From contig CAVWVQ010000003.1 in assembly GCA_963758525.1 (NCBI GenBank), positions 3,136,001 to 3,200,000 of the forward strand: a stretch of 64,000 bases of DNA, written 5' to 3'. The position numbers were made by a program, and so were the translations under genes. Below are positions 50,271 to 61,104 of this stretch, one piece after another; positions within the stretch are counted from its first letter, which is position 1, and each line of letters opens with the position of its first letter. The stretch comes from an uncultured Phycisphaerales bacterium. Its GTDB lineage: Bacteria > Planctomycetota > Phycisphaerae > Tepidisphaerales > Tepidisphaeraceae. Below the pieces are notes generated by a model, which was not told the origin of the DNA, did not search any database, and saw only the letters and a list, made by a program, of their open reading frames with translations.

Positions 50271-51548
50271 ATGAAAAAAACCATCGTTCTCTCATCGATC
50301 GCCCTGACGCTGGCCGGTCTGGTTCAAGTCGGCTGCTATGTCGAGCCACGGCAGCGCGTCGTCTATCGCGAATATCGTGAGGCGCCACCACCGCCGCCGC
50401 CGCAGGAGTACCAGGATCAGGAGCAGTATCGGCCGCTGCCCGCGCCGCCGCCGCCGGAGGAAGTCTCAGTCGTTGAAGGGCCCGACGTTCAGGTGACGGA
50501 ATTTCATGAGCAGCTTGCGCCGTACGGTCGCTGGATTGTCGTCGCGGACTATGGCGATTGCTTTGTTCCGGCCGACGTTAACGCCGGATGGCGGCCGTAC
50601 ACGGTGGGGCATTGGGTCTACACCGACTCCGGGATGTGCTGGGTGAGCGACGAGCGCTGGGGATGGGCGACCTACCATTACGGCCGATGGGCTTTCGTCG
50701 ACGGCGTCGGCTGGGTGTGGGTTCCCGGCTCGCATTGGGGGCCTGCGTGGGTCGCATGGCGCAATGGCGGCGGCTACTGCGGATGGGCGCCGCTCGCTCC
50801 GCGCCGCGGCGGCGTCGAAGTCGTCGAAGTCAACGAATATGATGTTCAGGAAATCCCACCGACGAATTATGTCTTCTGCGAAGAGCGCTATGTGACCGAG
50901 CCGCGCGTCTATGAACGGTGCGTGCCCCGCGAGCGCAACGTCACGATCATCAACCGAACGACCAACATCACCAATATCACCGTCGTGAACAACCATGTGG
51001 TGAACAGAAGCTGGAACGCCACCCGCATCCAACGCGCCACCGGCAGAACGATTCGCCCGGTGCAGATCCATGAAGTACGAACGGTCGATGAGCTGAAGGT
51101 GAGCCGCCCCGCGCCCCAGCCCGGTCGCAACCGCGATGACGAGCAACGACGCCCTGAAGACCAGCGACGGGCTGAGGACCAGCATCGCCCAGAGGACCAG
51201 CGTCGCACCGAGGACCAGCGCCGCGCGGAAGAGCAGAGAAAGGCCGACGAGCAGCGGCGCGCCGGCAGCAACCAGCCGGGTCATGAGCGCCCTCCGGGAC
51301 AACCTCCCGAAGCGCCGCAGCCCGGCGGCGACGCCCGAGCCGCGTACGACGCCGAAGTGCAGCAGATCAACCAGCAATACGCTCAGGACAAGGCGCAGAT
51401 GAATCAGCGCTTTGCCATGGAGCGCCGGCAGCGCCCCCCGGGCCCCGGAGCGGACGACATGATGCATCGGCAGGCGCAGGAAGCCAAGGAACTGGAGCAA
51501 CGCCATCAGCAGCAACTCAACGCCGCGAGGCGGAAGTACCGGCAATGA
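50271..51548 (+). CDS. DUF6600-like Trp-rich exported lipoprotein with Pro-rich and EDQRR-repeat regions
   Basis: Signal ending VGC; LAPYGRW, WRPYTVGHWVYT, WVSDERWGWATYHYGRW, WVWVPG..WGPAWVAWR, GWAPLAP. Confidence 0.8.
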   Translation: MKKTIVLSSIALTLAGLVQVGCYVEPRQRVVYREYREAPPPPPPQEYQDQEQYRPLPAPPPPEEVSVVEGPDVQVTEFHEQLAPYGRWIVVADYGDCFVPADVNAGWRPYTVGHWVYTDSGMCWVSDERWGWATYHYGRWAFVDGVGWVWVPGSHWGPAWVAWRNGGGYCGWAPLAPRRGGVEVVEVNEYDVQEIPPTNYVFCEERYVTEPRVYERCVPRERNVTIINRTTNITNITVVNNHVVNRSWNATRIQRATGRTIRPVQIHEVRTVDELKVSRPAPQPGRNRDDEQRRPEDQRRAEDQHRPEDQRRTEDQRRAEEQRKADEQRRAGSNQPGHERPPGQPPEAPQPGGDARAAYDAEVQQINQQYAQDKAQMNQRFAMERRQRPPGPGADDMMHRQAQEAKELEQRHQQQLNAARRKYRQ

Positions 51549-51575
51549 GTTTGTGCAAAGACTTCGTTCCCAGCC

Positions 51576-51656
51576 CACGCCGAGTCTGAGGTACGCCGAA
51601 GGCTCGGATCGAGCGCCGGAGAATTCAAGCCTTGGGAGCACCTCGGATTCGGCGTG
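51576..51656. repeat. REPIN, second copy of the 46521 family, between convergent genes
   Basis: cacgccgagtctgaggtacgccgaaggctcggat 51576-51609 with degenerate right arm ending ttcggcgtg. Confidence 0.75.
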
Positions 51657-51725
51657 GCGGACGAACCTCGTGTTCTCAAGCGTGCTTAACTCAAATGGGT
51701 GCTTATGCCGGCTCTGCGGAGCGCC

Positions 51726-53874
51726 TCATTGCTGCGGCGGCGTCTTTGCCAGCAGCTCCTTCTGAATCGCCCGCAGGTCGTCCAGATAGGAGCCGTCGAG
51801 AGCGGGGTTCATTTTCAGCGCTTCGTCGATCAGCCGCAGGGCGTCGGCCCGGTCTGTCGTGCCCGGATTTGCCATGCCGCTGGCGCAGCGCGTCGGCTTC
51901 CTGAACGATCAGCGACCCCATCGTCTGCTGCTGGGATCGGTTGGCGGCAATCATCTTTTGGGCAAACTGGGCGGCTTCCGGATACTGCCGGCTTTTGAGC
52001 AGCGCGGTCATCTCCTGACCGATCAGAATCTCCGTCACTTCAGTGGAATCGTTCTGGCTCTGCCGGTATTCCAGCGCCTGGGCAAAGTACTTGGCCGCCT
52101 CCTTGGGGTCGCCGAGTTTCATGTAGGTGTCGCCGGTGTCCTGCCGCGAGATGGCAAGGTTGTCCAGATCGTGGTCCTGGAGAAGCTTCGCATTAAGTGC
52201 CAGTTGCACCGCCAGCCGATGAGTCGGCTCATGCGCCAGGCGGGTCGCGGCCCAGTTGTTCAGCGCCTCCTTCGAGGCGGTTGGCAACAGCAATTGAAAC
52301 ACCTGCCATGCCCGGTCGCGCACGCCGGCATCCTGCTCGTTGGTTTTGGGGTTGAAGAAACTATAGAGCGCATCGGCGTCGGCCCCGAAGGTGCCGGTCT
52401 TGCCCAGCGCGTCCAGCGCGCTGAGCTTCACCGGCGTGACGGTTTCCTGCAGCAGCCAGGTGCGGATCGCGTCGTCGGTGTTGGGGTCGCCCAGGTCTCC
52501 CAGCGCGATGAGGGCGGCGGCTCGCGTGCGATCGTTCTGTTCCGGGTCAAGCAGCCGCACAAGGGGTAGCACCAGCGACATCTCATGCAACGGGGCGATT
52601 GCCTCAATGCACGCCGCCTGCAGATCGCCGGAGCCTGGGTCTTTGGACTTTTGCTGATACAGAGCCCAAAGCTCCAGCGCCAGGGAGTGCGCTCCATCCC
52701 GGTCGGATTTGTAGTACGCCGCGCCGAGCGTTCGCAGCGCGTCGGCAGCGGCGCGTTCCACCGCCTCCGACGGATCGTGCAGAAGCTTTCGGAACAGGGG
52801 AATGGCGCGAATGTCGCCGATCTGGGCGACTGCCCCGGTCAGCGCCACCTTCACATCGGGATCGCGCTCGATGCCCAGCTGCGCCATCATCGCATCCAGC
52901 GCGCCGCCGAAGTTGATCGTCTTGAGCGTCCTGGCCGCTTCGAGACGAACGTGCGGATCGCTGTCGCTCACGAGTTCGGTGAGCCGCTGCTTCTGGGCAT
53001 CGGTCGGCGAGGCCTGCCCGCTGAGAAAGGCATCGCGCACCAACCGGGCGCCTACGGCACGCACCTCCGGCACGCTGCTGTTGAGGTATCGCAGAACCGC
53101 CGCGTTTTTGTCCGTGGCTGATTGAAACTCGTCAGTGAGCACGGAGTCCAGCTCGGCAAGCAGCCGGACGTGGCGCTGCGCGATCTCGTCGAGCCGTGCG
53201 TCCCGCGCGGTGTAGACGGCAAGTTTCCAGGCATCGTCATTCTTGCCCGCGTTCGCCAAATACCAGCGCTTCCACGCAGCCGGTTCGCGACCGATGTCGC
53301 TCAGTCCGGTCAGATCCGTCAGCGCGTCGGCAGCCGCGTTTTGCACCGTAGCGCTCTCGCGATCGTCGTTGAGCAAATCGACCAGGGCGCCGGCCACGCG
53401 CTTATCGACAATTGACGCGGAGGCGCGAATGACGATGGCGCGCAGTCCCGCGGGCTGGCGCATGTCGCGGGCAAAATCGAGCAGGTGCTGCCGCGCGGAC
53501 GGGATCCCTCCCAGCCGAGCGAGGGCTCGCGCCGCGGCTTCGTCCAGATTGCGATCCCCGCTCAGGAGATTGGCCAGCGGCTCGATGAATTCCGGATCGG
53601 GGTTCGCGGCGTCAGCCTCGGCCCGGGCCACGGCAAGCTGGGCGTCGTGGCCGCCGTTGGCCAGTGCCGCCAGCAAGGTCGCTTTGCCTGAAGGATTCCC
53701 CAGCGCCACCAGCCGCCGCGCCGCCTCGTCGCGCTCGGCCTGCGACACTGATCTGGCCGTGATCCGCGCCGCGAGCACCGCCGGCTGCGTCGCGGGGGGA
53801 TTGATCGCCGCCGCGGACTGTCCGCTGGAGGCGCGGGGATGCAAAAGGGCGGCGAGCCCTGCCACCACTGTCAT
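51726..53874 (-). CDS. Large HEAT-repeat protein with C-terminal TPR-like helices; apparent frameshift near 51880; start uncertain
   Basis: Repeats such as DSDPHVRLEAARTL, RDPDVKVAL, DPSEAVERAAADAL; shifted-frame end ...DALRLIDEALKMNP...KTPPQQ* at 51726. Confidence 0.78.
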
Positions 53875-54200
53875 GCTAGTCCGCCGCCATAATGCCACCG
53901 TCGCAACCCGTCTCGTCTGTTGAATTGATATCGTCGTCGCTGAAACGTTACCGTATTTTATCTTCGCAAAAAAGCGGAGGTCCGGCGCTGCGATGCCGCC
54001 GGCGCGGCAAACAATTCCAGCTCGGCGCCGTTCTTCCCAGCGCCTCGGAGGCCGTTTGCGGGACAGCGGCGCCGCGTGCGATGCGGCGGCCAGCAAAAAA
54101 TTGCGGGAATTTCGCCGCGAACTTTCTTGCCAATGCGGCGTGAGTACGATAAGTAAAGCGTTCAGTCGCAGCGAATCGGCGGTGAGCGGAGCGACGGCCC

Positions 54201-55541
54201 ATGAACGACTGGAATGATGCCGAGCGTCGGGTCGAAAAGGCCCAGGAATTGTTCGAGCAGCATCGCTGGAACGAGGCTCTGGAGGAGCTGCGCGCCGCCA
54301 TCTCCATCAACCCTTACAACAGCGGCTGGTTCTTCAATATCGGACTGACGCTCGACGAGATGGAGCGTTTCGGGGAAGCCATCGACGCCTATCAGCATGC
54401 CCTGGAAATCGATCCCGATGATCTGCAGGCGATGCAGCACCTGGGGGTCGATCTGCATCGGCTGGGGAATCTCCCAAAGGCCTTGAAGATTTTCGAGAAG
54501 ATGGAAGCCGTCGATGCGTCCTGCGAGGCGTCTTATTGCCATCGCATCATGATCTACGCCGACATGGCTGACCACGAGCGGGCCGAGGAGATGTTCTATC
54601 TCGCCCGGCTCTACAAGGAGCATTGCCCCCATTGCTACTACAACATGGGCTGCAGCCTTCGCGATCGCCGACTGTTCGATAAAGCAATCTATTGCTGGCA
54701 GAAAACGCTCGATCTTGATGATTCATACCCGCAGGTGCAGGTCCGCATCGCCGAGGCGCTGTGGGGAAAAGGTGAGCTGGAATCGGCCCGGCAGCATTTC
54801 CTCATCGGTCTGCGCCAGGACCCCGGCAACACGCGAATGGTCCTCGATCTTGGCGAGCTGCTCTCGGAAATGGGACGTTGGGAGGAAGCCGGCGAAAAAT
54901 TCCGCCGGGCTCTGGAGCTCAACCCCGAGGAGCCGGCGGGCTACTTCTATTATGGTCAATGGCTTGCCCGGACCGGGCAGCAAACAGACGCAATTGCTTC
55001 CCTCGCCAAGGCGCTTTCGCTGGATCCCACGTTTCCCGGCGCTCATTTGCGGCTTGCCGAGTTGTATCATTCGCAACGCGATCCGCTCGCGGTACGCCAG
55101 CACTTGCGAGCGGAAATGATGCTTCGTCCGCAGGAGCCTCATCTCCTGCTGGATCTGGCGAATCTGCTCTCCGACACCGCCCAGGAGCGCGCTGCCATCG
55201 CCTGCCTGAAGCGCCTCACGCAGATCGCCCCAGAGAGCCCGCTTGGCTGGCAGAATCTTTCCGTCGCCCAGTTTCTCGCCGGCCGCTACGACGAAGGAAT
55301 CGAGAGCTGCCGCGCGGCATTGAAGCTGGAGCCGAAAAATACCTCCGTTCTCTACAACGTCGCCGCCGCCTTTGAGCGGCAAGGCCGATTGGCCCGTGCC
55401 ATCATCTGGACGCGCCGCGGTCTGGCGGTCGATCGTGATGACCCCTCGCTGCAACGGCTCGAACTCCGCGTGCGCTTCCTCCGCTGGCGCGACCGGGTCA
55501 TCAAGTCCTGCCGCCGGCTTTTAGGCCGCGGTCAGCGCTGA
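54201..55541 (+). CDS. Tetratricopeptide repeat protein
   Basis: Multiple TPR units (EAIDAYQHALEIDP, KAIYCWQKTLDLD, EAGEKFRRALELNP, EGIESCRAALKLEP). Confidence 0.9.
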   Translation: MNDWNDAERRVEKAQELFEQHRWNEALEELRAAISINPYNSGWFFNIGLTLDEMERFGEAIDAYQHALEIDPDDLQAMQHLGVDLHRLGNLPKALKIFEKMEAVDASCEASYCHRIMIYADMADHERAEEMFYLARLYKEHCPHCYYNMGCSLRDRRLFDKAIYCWQKTLDLDDSYPQVQVRIAEALWGKGELESARQHFLIGLRQDPGNTRMVLDLGELLSEMGRWEEAGEKFRRALELNPEEPAGYFYYGQWLARTGQQTDAIASLAKALSLDPTFPGAHLRLAELYHSQRDPLAVRQHLRAEMMLRPQEPHLLLDLANLLSDTAQERAAIACLKRLTQIAPESPLGWQNLSVAQFLAGRYDEGIESCRAALKLEPKNTSVLYNVAAAFERQGRLARAIIWTRRGLAVDRDDPSLQRLELRVRFLRWRDRVIKSCRRLLGRGQR

Positions 55542-55582
55542 TCCCCCCAAAGGATCACCGTGAGGGGCTGCGCATGAATAAT

Positions 55583-55930
55583 CTATTCCTCCGGCGGCGT
55601 TTTGAATCGCCGTGCAGATTCGGACCACGCATCCGGGTAAACGGTCGCCTTCCGCTTTCCGCTCATGTTGCGGCTCGTGCGACTCGCCGATCGCAACGCG
55701 ATGAGCAGCAGCCCCAACAGTCCGATCAGCAACACCGTCAGAAGCAACTGCGAGTCGGCAGCAAGCACGCGGCGCTGTGCCGCCGTCGCGGTCTTCGCCA
55801 CCTTCATCGCCGGAATGAGATAGAAACGGCAAATGAAAATCAGCAGAATCGTAAACGCCGAAAGGTAGATCAACAGCGGCACGAAAGATCGCGCCATGCG
55901 GTTCACGCTGCGTACGCGAAAGGGATCCAT
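55583..55930 (-). CDS. Small two-TM hypothetical membrane protein
   Basis: Two hydrophobic segments; C-terminal TVYPDAWSESARR. Confidence 0.65.
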   Translation of the reverse strand: MDPFRVRSVNRMARSFVPLLIYLSAFTILLIFICRFYLIPAMKVAKTATAAQRRVLAADSQLLLTVLLIGLLGLLLIALRSASRTSRNMSGKRKATVYPDAWSESARRFKTPPEE

Positions 55931-56031
55931 TGCTTCTCGTTCGAAATCGCGATGACGTATCTTTGATATTGCGCCAGAGTGCAAATCGCGCTATTCCTAT
56001 CCTTCTCGCGTGCACAGCACTCCAAATTGCC

Positions 56032-56138
56032 TTAGCCGCCCCGCTTGCGGGGCGTGTCCAGCGGCGCGTTCACGCGATCATCTTGCAATTTCCAGTTGCC
56101 CCGCGGTGCTGGACGCGCCTCGCAAGCGAGGCGGCTAA
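56032..56138. repeat. REPIN (TTAGCCGC-related family)
   Basis: ttagccgccccgcttgcggggcgtgtccagc 56032-56062 / 56108-56138 reverse complement with 3 mismatches, two of them compensatory in the arm hairpin. Confidence 0.75.
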
Positions 56139-56229
56139 AGGAATCGGAGTGCTGCGCACACATTGAAGATGCTCTCGCTCGCATTCTCATGCTTTGGGAG
56201 TTCCAACGGCGCAAGACCGCGTCGCCTCC

Positions 56230-57225
56230 TCACCACCGCATATCCGCCCGCGCGTTCACGGGGAATCGCTTTTCCAGCTCCTTGATTGCCTCTCGCCCCT
56301 CGGCATCAATTTCTTTCGGAACGATCACCTTCACGATCACCAGTTGATCTCCCTTTTCCCCGGCACGCTCGACGCCTCGGCCCTTGATCCGCAGCTTTGC
56401 TCCGCTGCTGGTCCCCGGTGGAATCGTCAGCGTCACCGGCTTGTCGAGCGTCGGGACTTCGATCTTCGCGCCAAGAAACGCCTCATACACGCTGATCGGC
56501 AGATCGAGCAGCACATCCAGCCCGTCGCGGCGGAAGAAGCGGTGGGGGAGCACATTCGTGACGATGAACAGGTCGCCCGGCTCTCCGCCGCTCTGCTGGC
56601 CGCGCCCCTTGATGCGAACCCGGCTTCCCTCTTTCACGCCGGCGGGGACTTTCACGTCCAGCGTCTCAATCTTTCCGTCTCGGTCCACCTTCAGCGTCAG
56701 ATCCGTCCCGCGGGCGGCCTGCTCGAAGGTGAGCGTCACCGGATGCTCCAGATCGGCGCCGCGCTGCGGCTCGGGTTTCGCACGGCCACGCGATCTTCCG
56801 CTCCGCGTGCCGCCCGCGCCGAACATCTGCTCGAAAATTTCCGAGAAATCGCCGCCGCCCCCGGCGCCCCCGAAGTCGAAGTCTTCCACGCTCACCCCTG
56901 GCGATGCCCGCCATCCTGACTGGCCTCGCTTGCCGCCCCCTTTCTCGGCGCGACGGAACGCTTCAAATGGATCGCCGTTTCGCGCGCCTCCCGCCGCGCC
57001 CCCCACGCCGGCGTGGCCAAACTGGTCATAGTTCTGACGTTTGGTGGAATCCGAGAGAACGTCGTACGCCTCCTGGATTTCCTTGAACTTCTCCTCCGCT
57101 TCCTTATTGGCCTTGTTGCGGTCCGGATGATATTTCATCGCCAGCTTGCGGTGCGCGCTTTTGATTTCGTCCGCGGTCGCCGTGCGGGAGACACCGAGAG
57201 ATTCGTAATAGTCGCGTTGAGCCAT
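56230..57225 (-). CDS. Class B J-domain protein (DnaJ/CbpA-like, no zinc finger)
   Basis: RDYYESLGV, KYHPDRN, G/F region (DFSEIFEQMF), C-terminal RRDGLD, VPTLD, IPPGTSSG; no CxxCxGxG repeats. Confidence 0.92.
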   Translation of the reverse strand: MAQRDYYESLGVSRTATADEIKSAHRKLAMKYHPDRNKANKEAEEKFKEIQEAYDVLSDSTKRQNYDQFGHAGVGGAAGGARNGDPFEAFRRAEKGGGKRGQSGWRASPGVSVEDFDFGGAGGGGDFSEIFEQMFGAGGTRSGRSRGRAKPEPQRGADLEHPVTLTFEQAARGTDLTLKVDRDGKIETLDVKVPAGVKEGSRVRIKGRGQQSGGEPGDLFIVTNVLPHRFFRRDGLDVLLDLPISVYEAFLGAKIEVPTLDKPVTLTIPPGTSSGAKLRIKGRGVERAGEKGDQLVIVKVIVPKEIDAEGREAIKELEKRFPVNARADMRW

Positions 57226-57288
57226 GATGGTTTTATTCGCCTCTGTCGAGTTCAATCATATCATAGCGGCCCTTGAATCGAAGGGACC

Positions 57289-58476
57289 GTGCTGATGATC
57301 GCAAGCGAGAATCCGAATGCCATTCCTGACGAGACACTCCCCCGCGAGCCGAAAACGCGGTGGGACCGCGTCATCGCCAGCACGCCCGTGGTGATGACCG
57401 TGGTGGCAACGATACTGGCAGGCCTCTCCTCAAGCGAGATGACTGCCGCACAATATCACCGGTCGATGGCCGCCCAGTTTCAGTCCAAGGCGGGCGATCA
57501 ATGGGGTTTTTATCAGGCCAAGCGCCTTCGCGAAAGCGGCAACCAGAACAGCGTCGATCTGTTGGAGGGACTCACCGGCCCCGCGACGCTCCAGGCTCAG
57601 ACGTTCGCCTCGCAGGTGCGGGAGATGCAAGCCCGCCTGGATCGGTTCGACAGTTCCGCCTCGGGGTTGATCGCATCAAACAGCCTCGCCAATCCCGGCG
57701 AGCTGAAGGATCTGCTCGTCCAGTCCAATCAGCAGCAGAAAATGCTCGCGCCGCAATGGCAGGCGGCGCTGGCCGATCCGCAGGTGCAGCTCGCGTTGAA
57801 ATATCTTACCGGTGACGAACTTCTGACGATCAATGAACAGCGGCGCGATGTCCCGGCAATTTCGAATCTGCTGCAGGCAATCGACGCCGGCAAGAACGAA
57901 GCGGAGACCGCCGATCTCGTGAAGCAGGTGAACCGCAAGGACCTCGACGACGTCGAGGCTGCCGCCAACGCGAACGCGACGGCGTTCGATGCCTCCACCA
58001 AGCCGATCATCGCATCGATCGACCGCCTGGCCCTGATGGTCGCCAGCCAGGCCGCAATGGTTCGGCGGCTGGGGCGCGATGTCGCAAGCGCGCTCGCATC
58101 CGCTCCTCCCGACGCGATCGAGGCAATGCAGCTTCTGCGGGACGCCAGCGTGCTGCGCCAGCTTGGCGACGATCTGATGGGCAGTTTCTCCGCCGCCCGG
58201 CTTCGGTTTGACGCCCGCCGCTATCACCAGGAGGCGGCGTACAATCTTGCCGTCGCCCGGCTCTACGAGGTGGAGGTTCGTCGCAGCGGCCGAATGTCCG
58301 ATCGCAATCGCGATCGAAGCAAAAACTTCTTCTACGGCATGCTCGTCGCCCAGGCCGCCGTCACGTTCGCGACGTTTTCTCTCGCGGTGAAACAGCGCAG
58401 CCTGCTCTGGGCACTGGCCAGCGGCGCAGGCTTGCTGGCGGTGGGGCTGGGGGTGTACGTGTATTTGTTTACTTGA
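57289..58476 (+). CDS. DUF4337-like membrane protein with long central helical region
   Basis: TPVVMTVVATILAGLSS, KAGDQWGFYQAKR, C-terminal FFYGMLVAQAAV plus two TM helices. Confidence 0.7.
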   Translation: MLMIASENPNAIPDETLPREPKTRWDRVIASTPVVMTVVATILAGLSSSEMTAAQYHRSMAAQFQSKAGDQWGFYQAKRLRESGNQNSVDLLEGLTGPATLQAQTFASQVREMQARLDRFDSSASGLIASNSLANPGELKDLLVQSNQQQKMLAPQWQAALADPQVQLALKYLTGDELLTINEQRRDVPAISNLLQAIDAGKNEAETADLVKQVNRKDLDDVEAAANANATAFDASTKPIIASIDRLALMVASQAAMVRRLGRDVASALASAPPDAIEAMQLLRDASVLRQLGDDLMGSFSAARLRFDARRYHQEAAYNLAVARLYEVEVRRSGRMSDRNRDRSKNFFYGMLVAQAAVTFATFSLAVKQRSLLWALASGAGLLAVGLGVYVYLFT

Positions 58477-58578
58477 TCGGGCGATCGGGTGATGCTGAAC
58501 GCCTTCACCGCGCGATCATCCACGGACACCATCTATCGATCGCGTGATGTTGAGACAAGTTGAGACCTGGAGCGACTC

Positions 58579-59578
58579 ATGCAGGCAATGGTTCTAACAG
58601 CCCCCGGCCCAATCGAGACTTCGCCGCTGGCGCTGCGCGAGCTGCCGGTGCCCGAGCCGACGGGGGACAGCATTCGCATCAAGGTCCAGGCGTGCGGAAT
58701 CTGCCGGACGGATCTGCATGTGACGGAAGGGGAGCTTCCGCCGCACCAAGCGCAGATCGTGCCGGGGCATCAGGTGGTTGGTGCCGTCGATGCGATCGGC
58801 CCGGAAGCTTCACGGTTCAAGCTTGGAGATCGCGTCGGCATCGCCTGGCTTCGCTCCACCTGCGGCGTCTGCCGGTATTGCCGCGCCGGGAACGAAAACC
58901 TTTGCCCCAACGCTCTTTTCACCGGCTACGACGAAGACGGCGGATTCGCCGAGTATGCGCTGGTTCGTGACAGCTTTGCGTATGCGATTCCTGCCGCGAT
59001 CGACAGTGCGACCGCGACGCCGCTGCTGTGCGCGGGAATCATTGGATATCGCGCGCTGCACCGGGCAAATCTGCGCCCGGCTGCCGGCTGGGGCTGTATG
59101 GATTCGGCTCGTCAGCCCACTTGGCCATTCAAATTGCCGTGCATCTCAAATGCACCGTTTATGTAATGACGCGCGACGAAAAGCATCAGGCCCTGGCTCG
59201 CGATCTGGCGCCGCCTGGGCGGGCGCGGCGGAAGAGCGTCCGCCCGAGCCGCTCGACAGCGCGGTGCTTTTCGCGCCGATTGGGAAACTGGTGCCAACCG
59301 CTCTCGAATCGCTCGACCGAGGCGGAACGCTCGCCGTGGCGGGCATCTATCTCACGCAGATACCGCCGTTGGATTATGAACGTCACCTCTTCCAGGAAAA
59401 AACATTGAAGAGCGTCACCGCCAATACCCGCGCCGACGGGGAGGAGCTGCTGAAGATTGCCGCGGAAATCCCGCTGCAGCCGCGCATCACGCATTTCCCG
59501 CTACGCGACGCCAATCGCGCCCTCCAGCAGCTCAAGCACGACGGCATTCAGGGCTCCGGTGTTCTGGTTTTTCCTTGA
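58579..59578 (+). CDS. Zinc-binding alcohol dehydrogenase family protein; two apparent frameshifts (near 59080 and 59205)
   Basis: [40 protein letters not shown]; then [12 protein letters not shown] (59028 frame) and GAAWAG...AVLFAP...SVTANTR (58778 frame). Confidence 0.88.
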
Positions 59579-60051
59579 CGGCCTTGGCTGAAGCTTGTGT
59601 CTGCTTGAAAAGAACGCGTGCCCAGCTTCCCCTAGCTGCCATTAAATTAATCAGGAACCTCCCGCTCCTTCTCCAATTGCTCAATTCGGGGCAACCCGCA
59701 ACGAGTCGATCTGCTTCCATCTGTTTTTGTTTCTTTGAATGGGCCGAGCAATCCCGCTGCCCACCGCCAAAATGTTGCCTCGACTCACCGCGTCGCGAAA
59801 CCCTTTGCCAGTAATTGGATATGATTCTCGTCAACAGCGATCGTCGATGGCTTCTCCGGTTTTGAAAGCCGCAAGTTGACATCGATTGTTGGTAAAGAGT
59901 ACGCCGCTCCGCAACCCGGCGATGTATCGGTATGATGGTTGCACTTGGTCCGGGTTGAAGCTGTCTGCCCCAACCCTGATGTAGAGGGATCTCGGGGCTG
60001 TTCGGTTCAGTTTCTCGGGTAACTTGGGATGGTGCGAAGGAGACGCAATCG

Positions 60052-60954
60052 TTGAAACGTTGCAAAGCGAAAGCATTTACGCTGATTGAATTACTTGTTG
60101 TGATCGGGATCATCGCGGTGCTGATCTCGATCCTGCTGCCCGTGCTGGCTCGCGCTCGTGAACAAGCCACCACCTTGAAATGCCTGGCCAATCTCCGCAC
60201 CTGCGGGCAGGCCTTCGAAATGTACGCCGACGAGCACAAGGGATACCTTCCCTATCCCCTGGTGACGTTGTTTGGCGAGCAGACATACTGGTTCACCGCG
60301 CTCGACCCCTACCTCAGCTCCGTTGCCAATTCCAGTCGCTCGGGTGTTGCTGGGCTGCGGGCTTTCAGCGAGTACAAGCAATGTCCGTTGGTCAACAACC
60401 TGTTTAATCTCGCCGACAACAGCCAGGACGGCGGCACCGGCGCGGTAAACAACACAACCGAAGATACCAGAAGCTACAAGATGAACGCGTGCCTGCGGCA
60501 TGCCATACCAATCACCGCAACGACGGCTACTTACTCCCTGGCGAAGATGGCACGGGTACCGAATTCCAGTAACTTCGTCCTGATGGGCGACGGAATTTCA
60601 ATGGATATCACTGGCCTCACACCGAGCCAAACGCAGAGCGGCGATTCTGAAATGGATGTTAACGGGCATACGCTGGGCGTTACTTCCTGCCCGATGCTGC
60701 GACATCGCGGCGCCTGCAACATCGTCTTCGTCGACGGGCACGCTGAAACACTGACATTGCCGCTGGAGTCGCCCACGAAAGTACTCACCGGCAGCCCCGC
60801 CACGCCCGTTCCGACGTGGCAAAGTGAATACGTTGACTCCAGCGGAACTGAAGTCTGGATGACCTCCGCAAAAACGCCGGCAGTCGCCTCTCCCTACTTC
60901 CGCAACCCGAATATGCCGTTGCAATGGAGCGAAATCGGGAATCTCAGTCGCTGA
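60052..60954 (+). CDS. Prepilin-type N-terminal cleavage/methylation protein with H-X9-DG motif (DUF1559-like)
   Basis: KAFTLIELLVVIGIIAVLISILLPVLARARE...KCLANLR; RHRGACNIVFVDGH. Confidence 0.92.
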   Translation: MKRCKAKAFTLIELLVVIGIIAVLISILLPVLARAREQATTLKCLANLRTCGQAFEMYADEHKGYLPYPLVTLFGEQTYWFTALDPYLSSVANSSRSGVAGLRAFSEYKQCPLVNNLFNLADNSQDGGTGAVNNTTEDTRSYKMNACLRHAIPITATTATYSLAKMARVPNSSNFVLMGDGISMDITGLTPSQTQSGDSEMDVNGHTLGVTSCPMLRHRGACNIVFVDGHAETLTLPLESPTKVLTGSPATPVPTWQSEYVDSSGTEVWMTSAKTPAVASPYFRNPNMPLQWSEIGNLSR

Positions 60955-61104
60955 TCTTGCGACACCTTGCGGTGGCATACCCGCCAGTAAGTTCGAACAG
61001 CGGTGCAACCCGCGCAATAGAAAGCAAGCCGCTCTGGCATGAGCGGCTTGCGGGGTCCGTCGCGAGTTGTGCAATCAGCCGGCGTTCGTTTGACGCCCAT
61101 TTCT

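Noticed and set aside
51139..51262. Approximately 18-bp tandem repeats, considered as CRISPR or VNTR
   Set aside because: In-frame degenerate coding repeats (EDQRRx) with no spacers and no cas genes
60018..60028. GTAACTTGGG matching the IS1634 right end
   Set aside because: Only 10 bp, no partner IR or transposase remnant; compatible with chance
59580..60050. Long intergenic region examined for a riboswitch or ncRNA
   Set aside because: Only promoter-like hexamers (e.g. TTGACA) seen; no recognisable aptamer or terminator structure by eye
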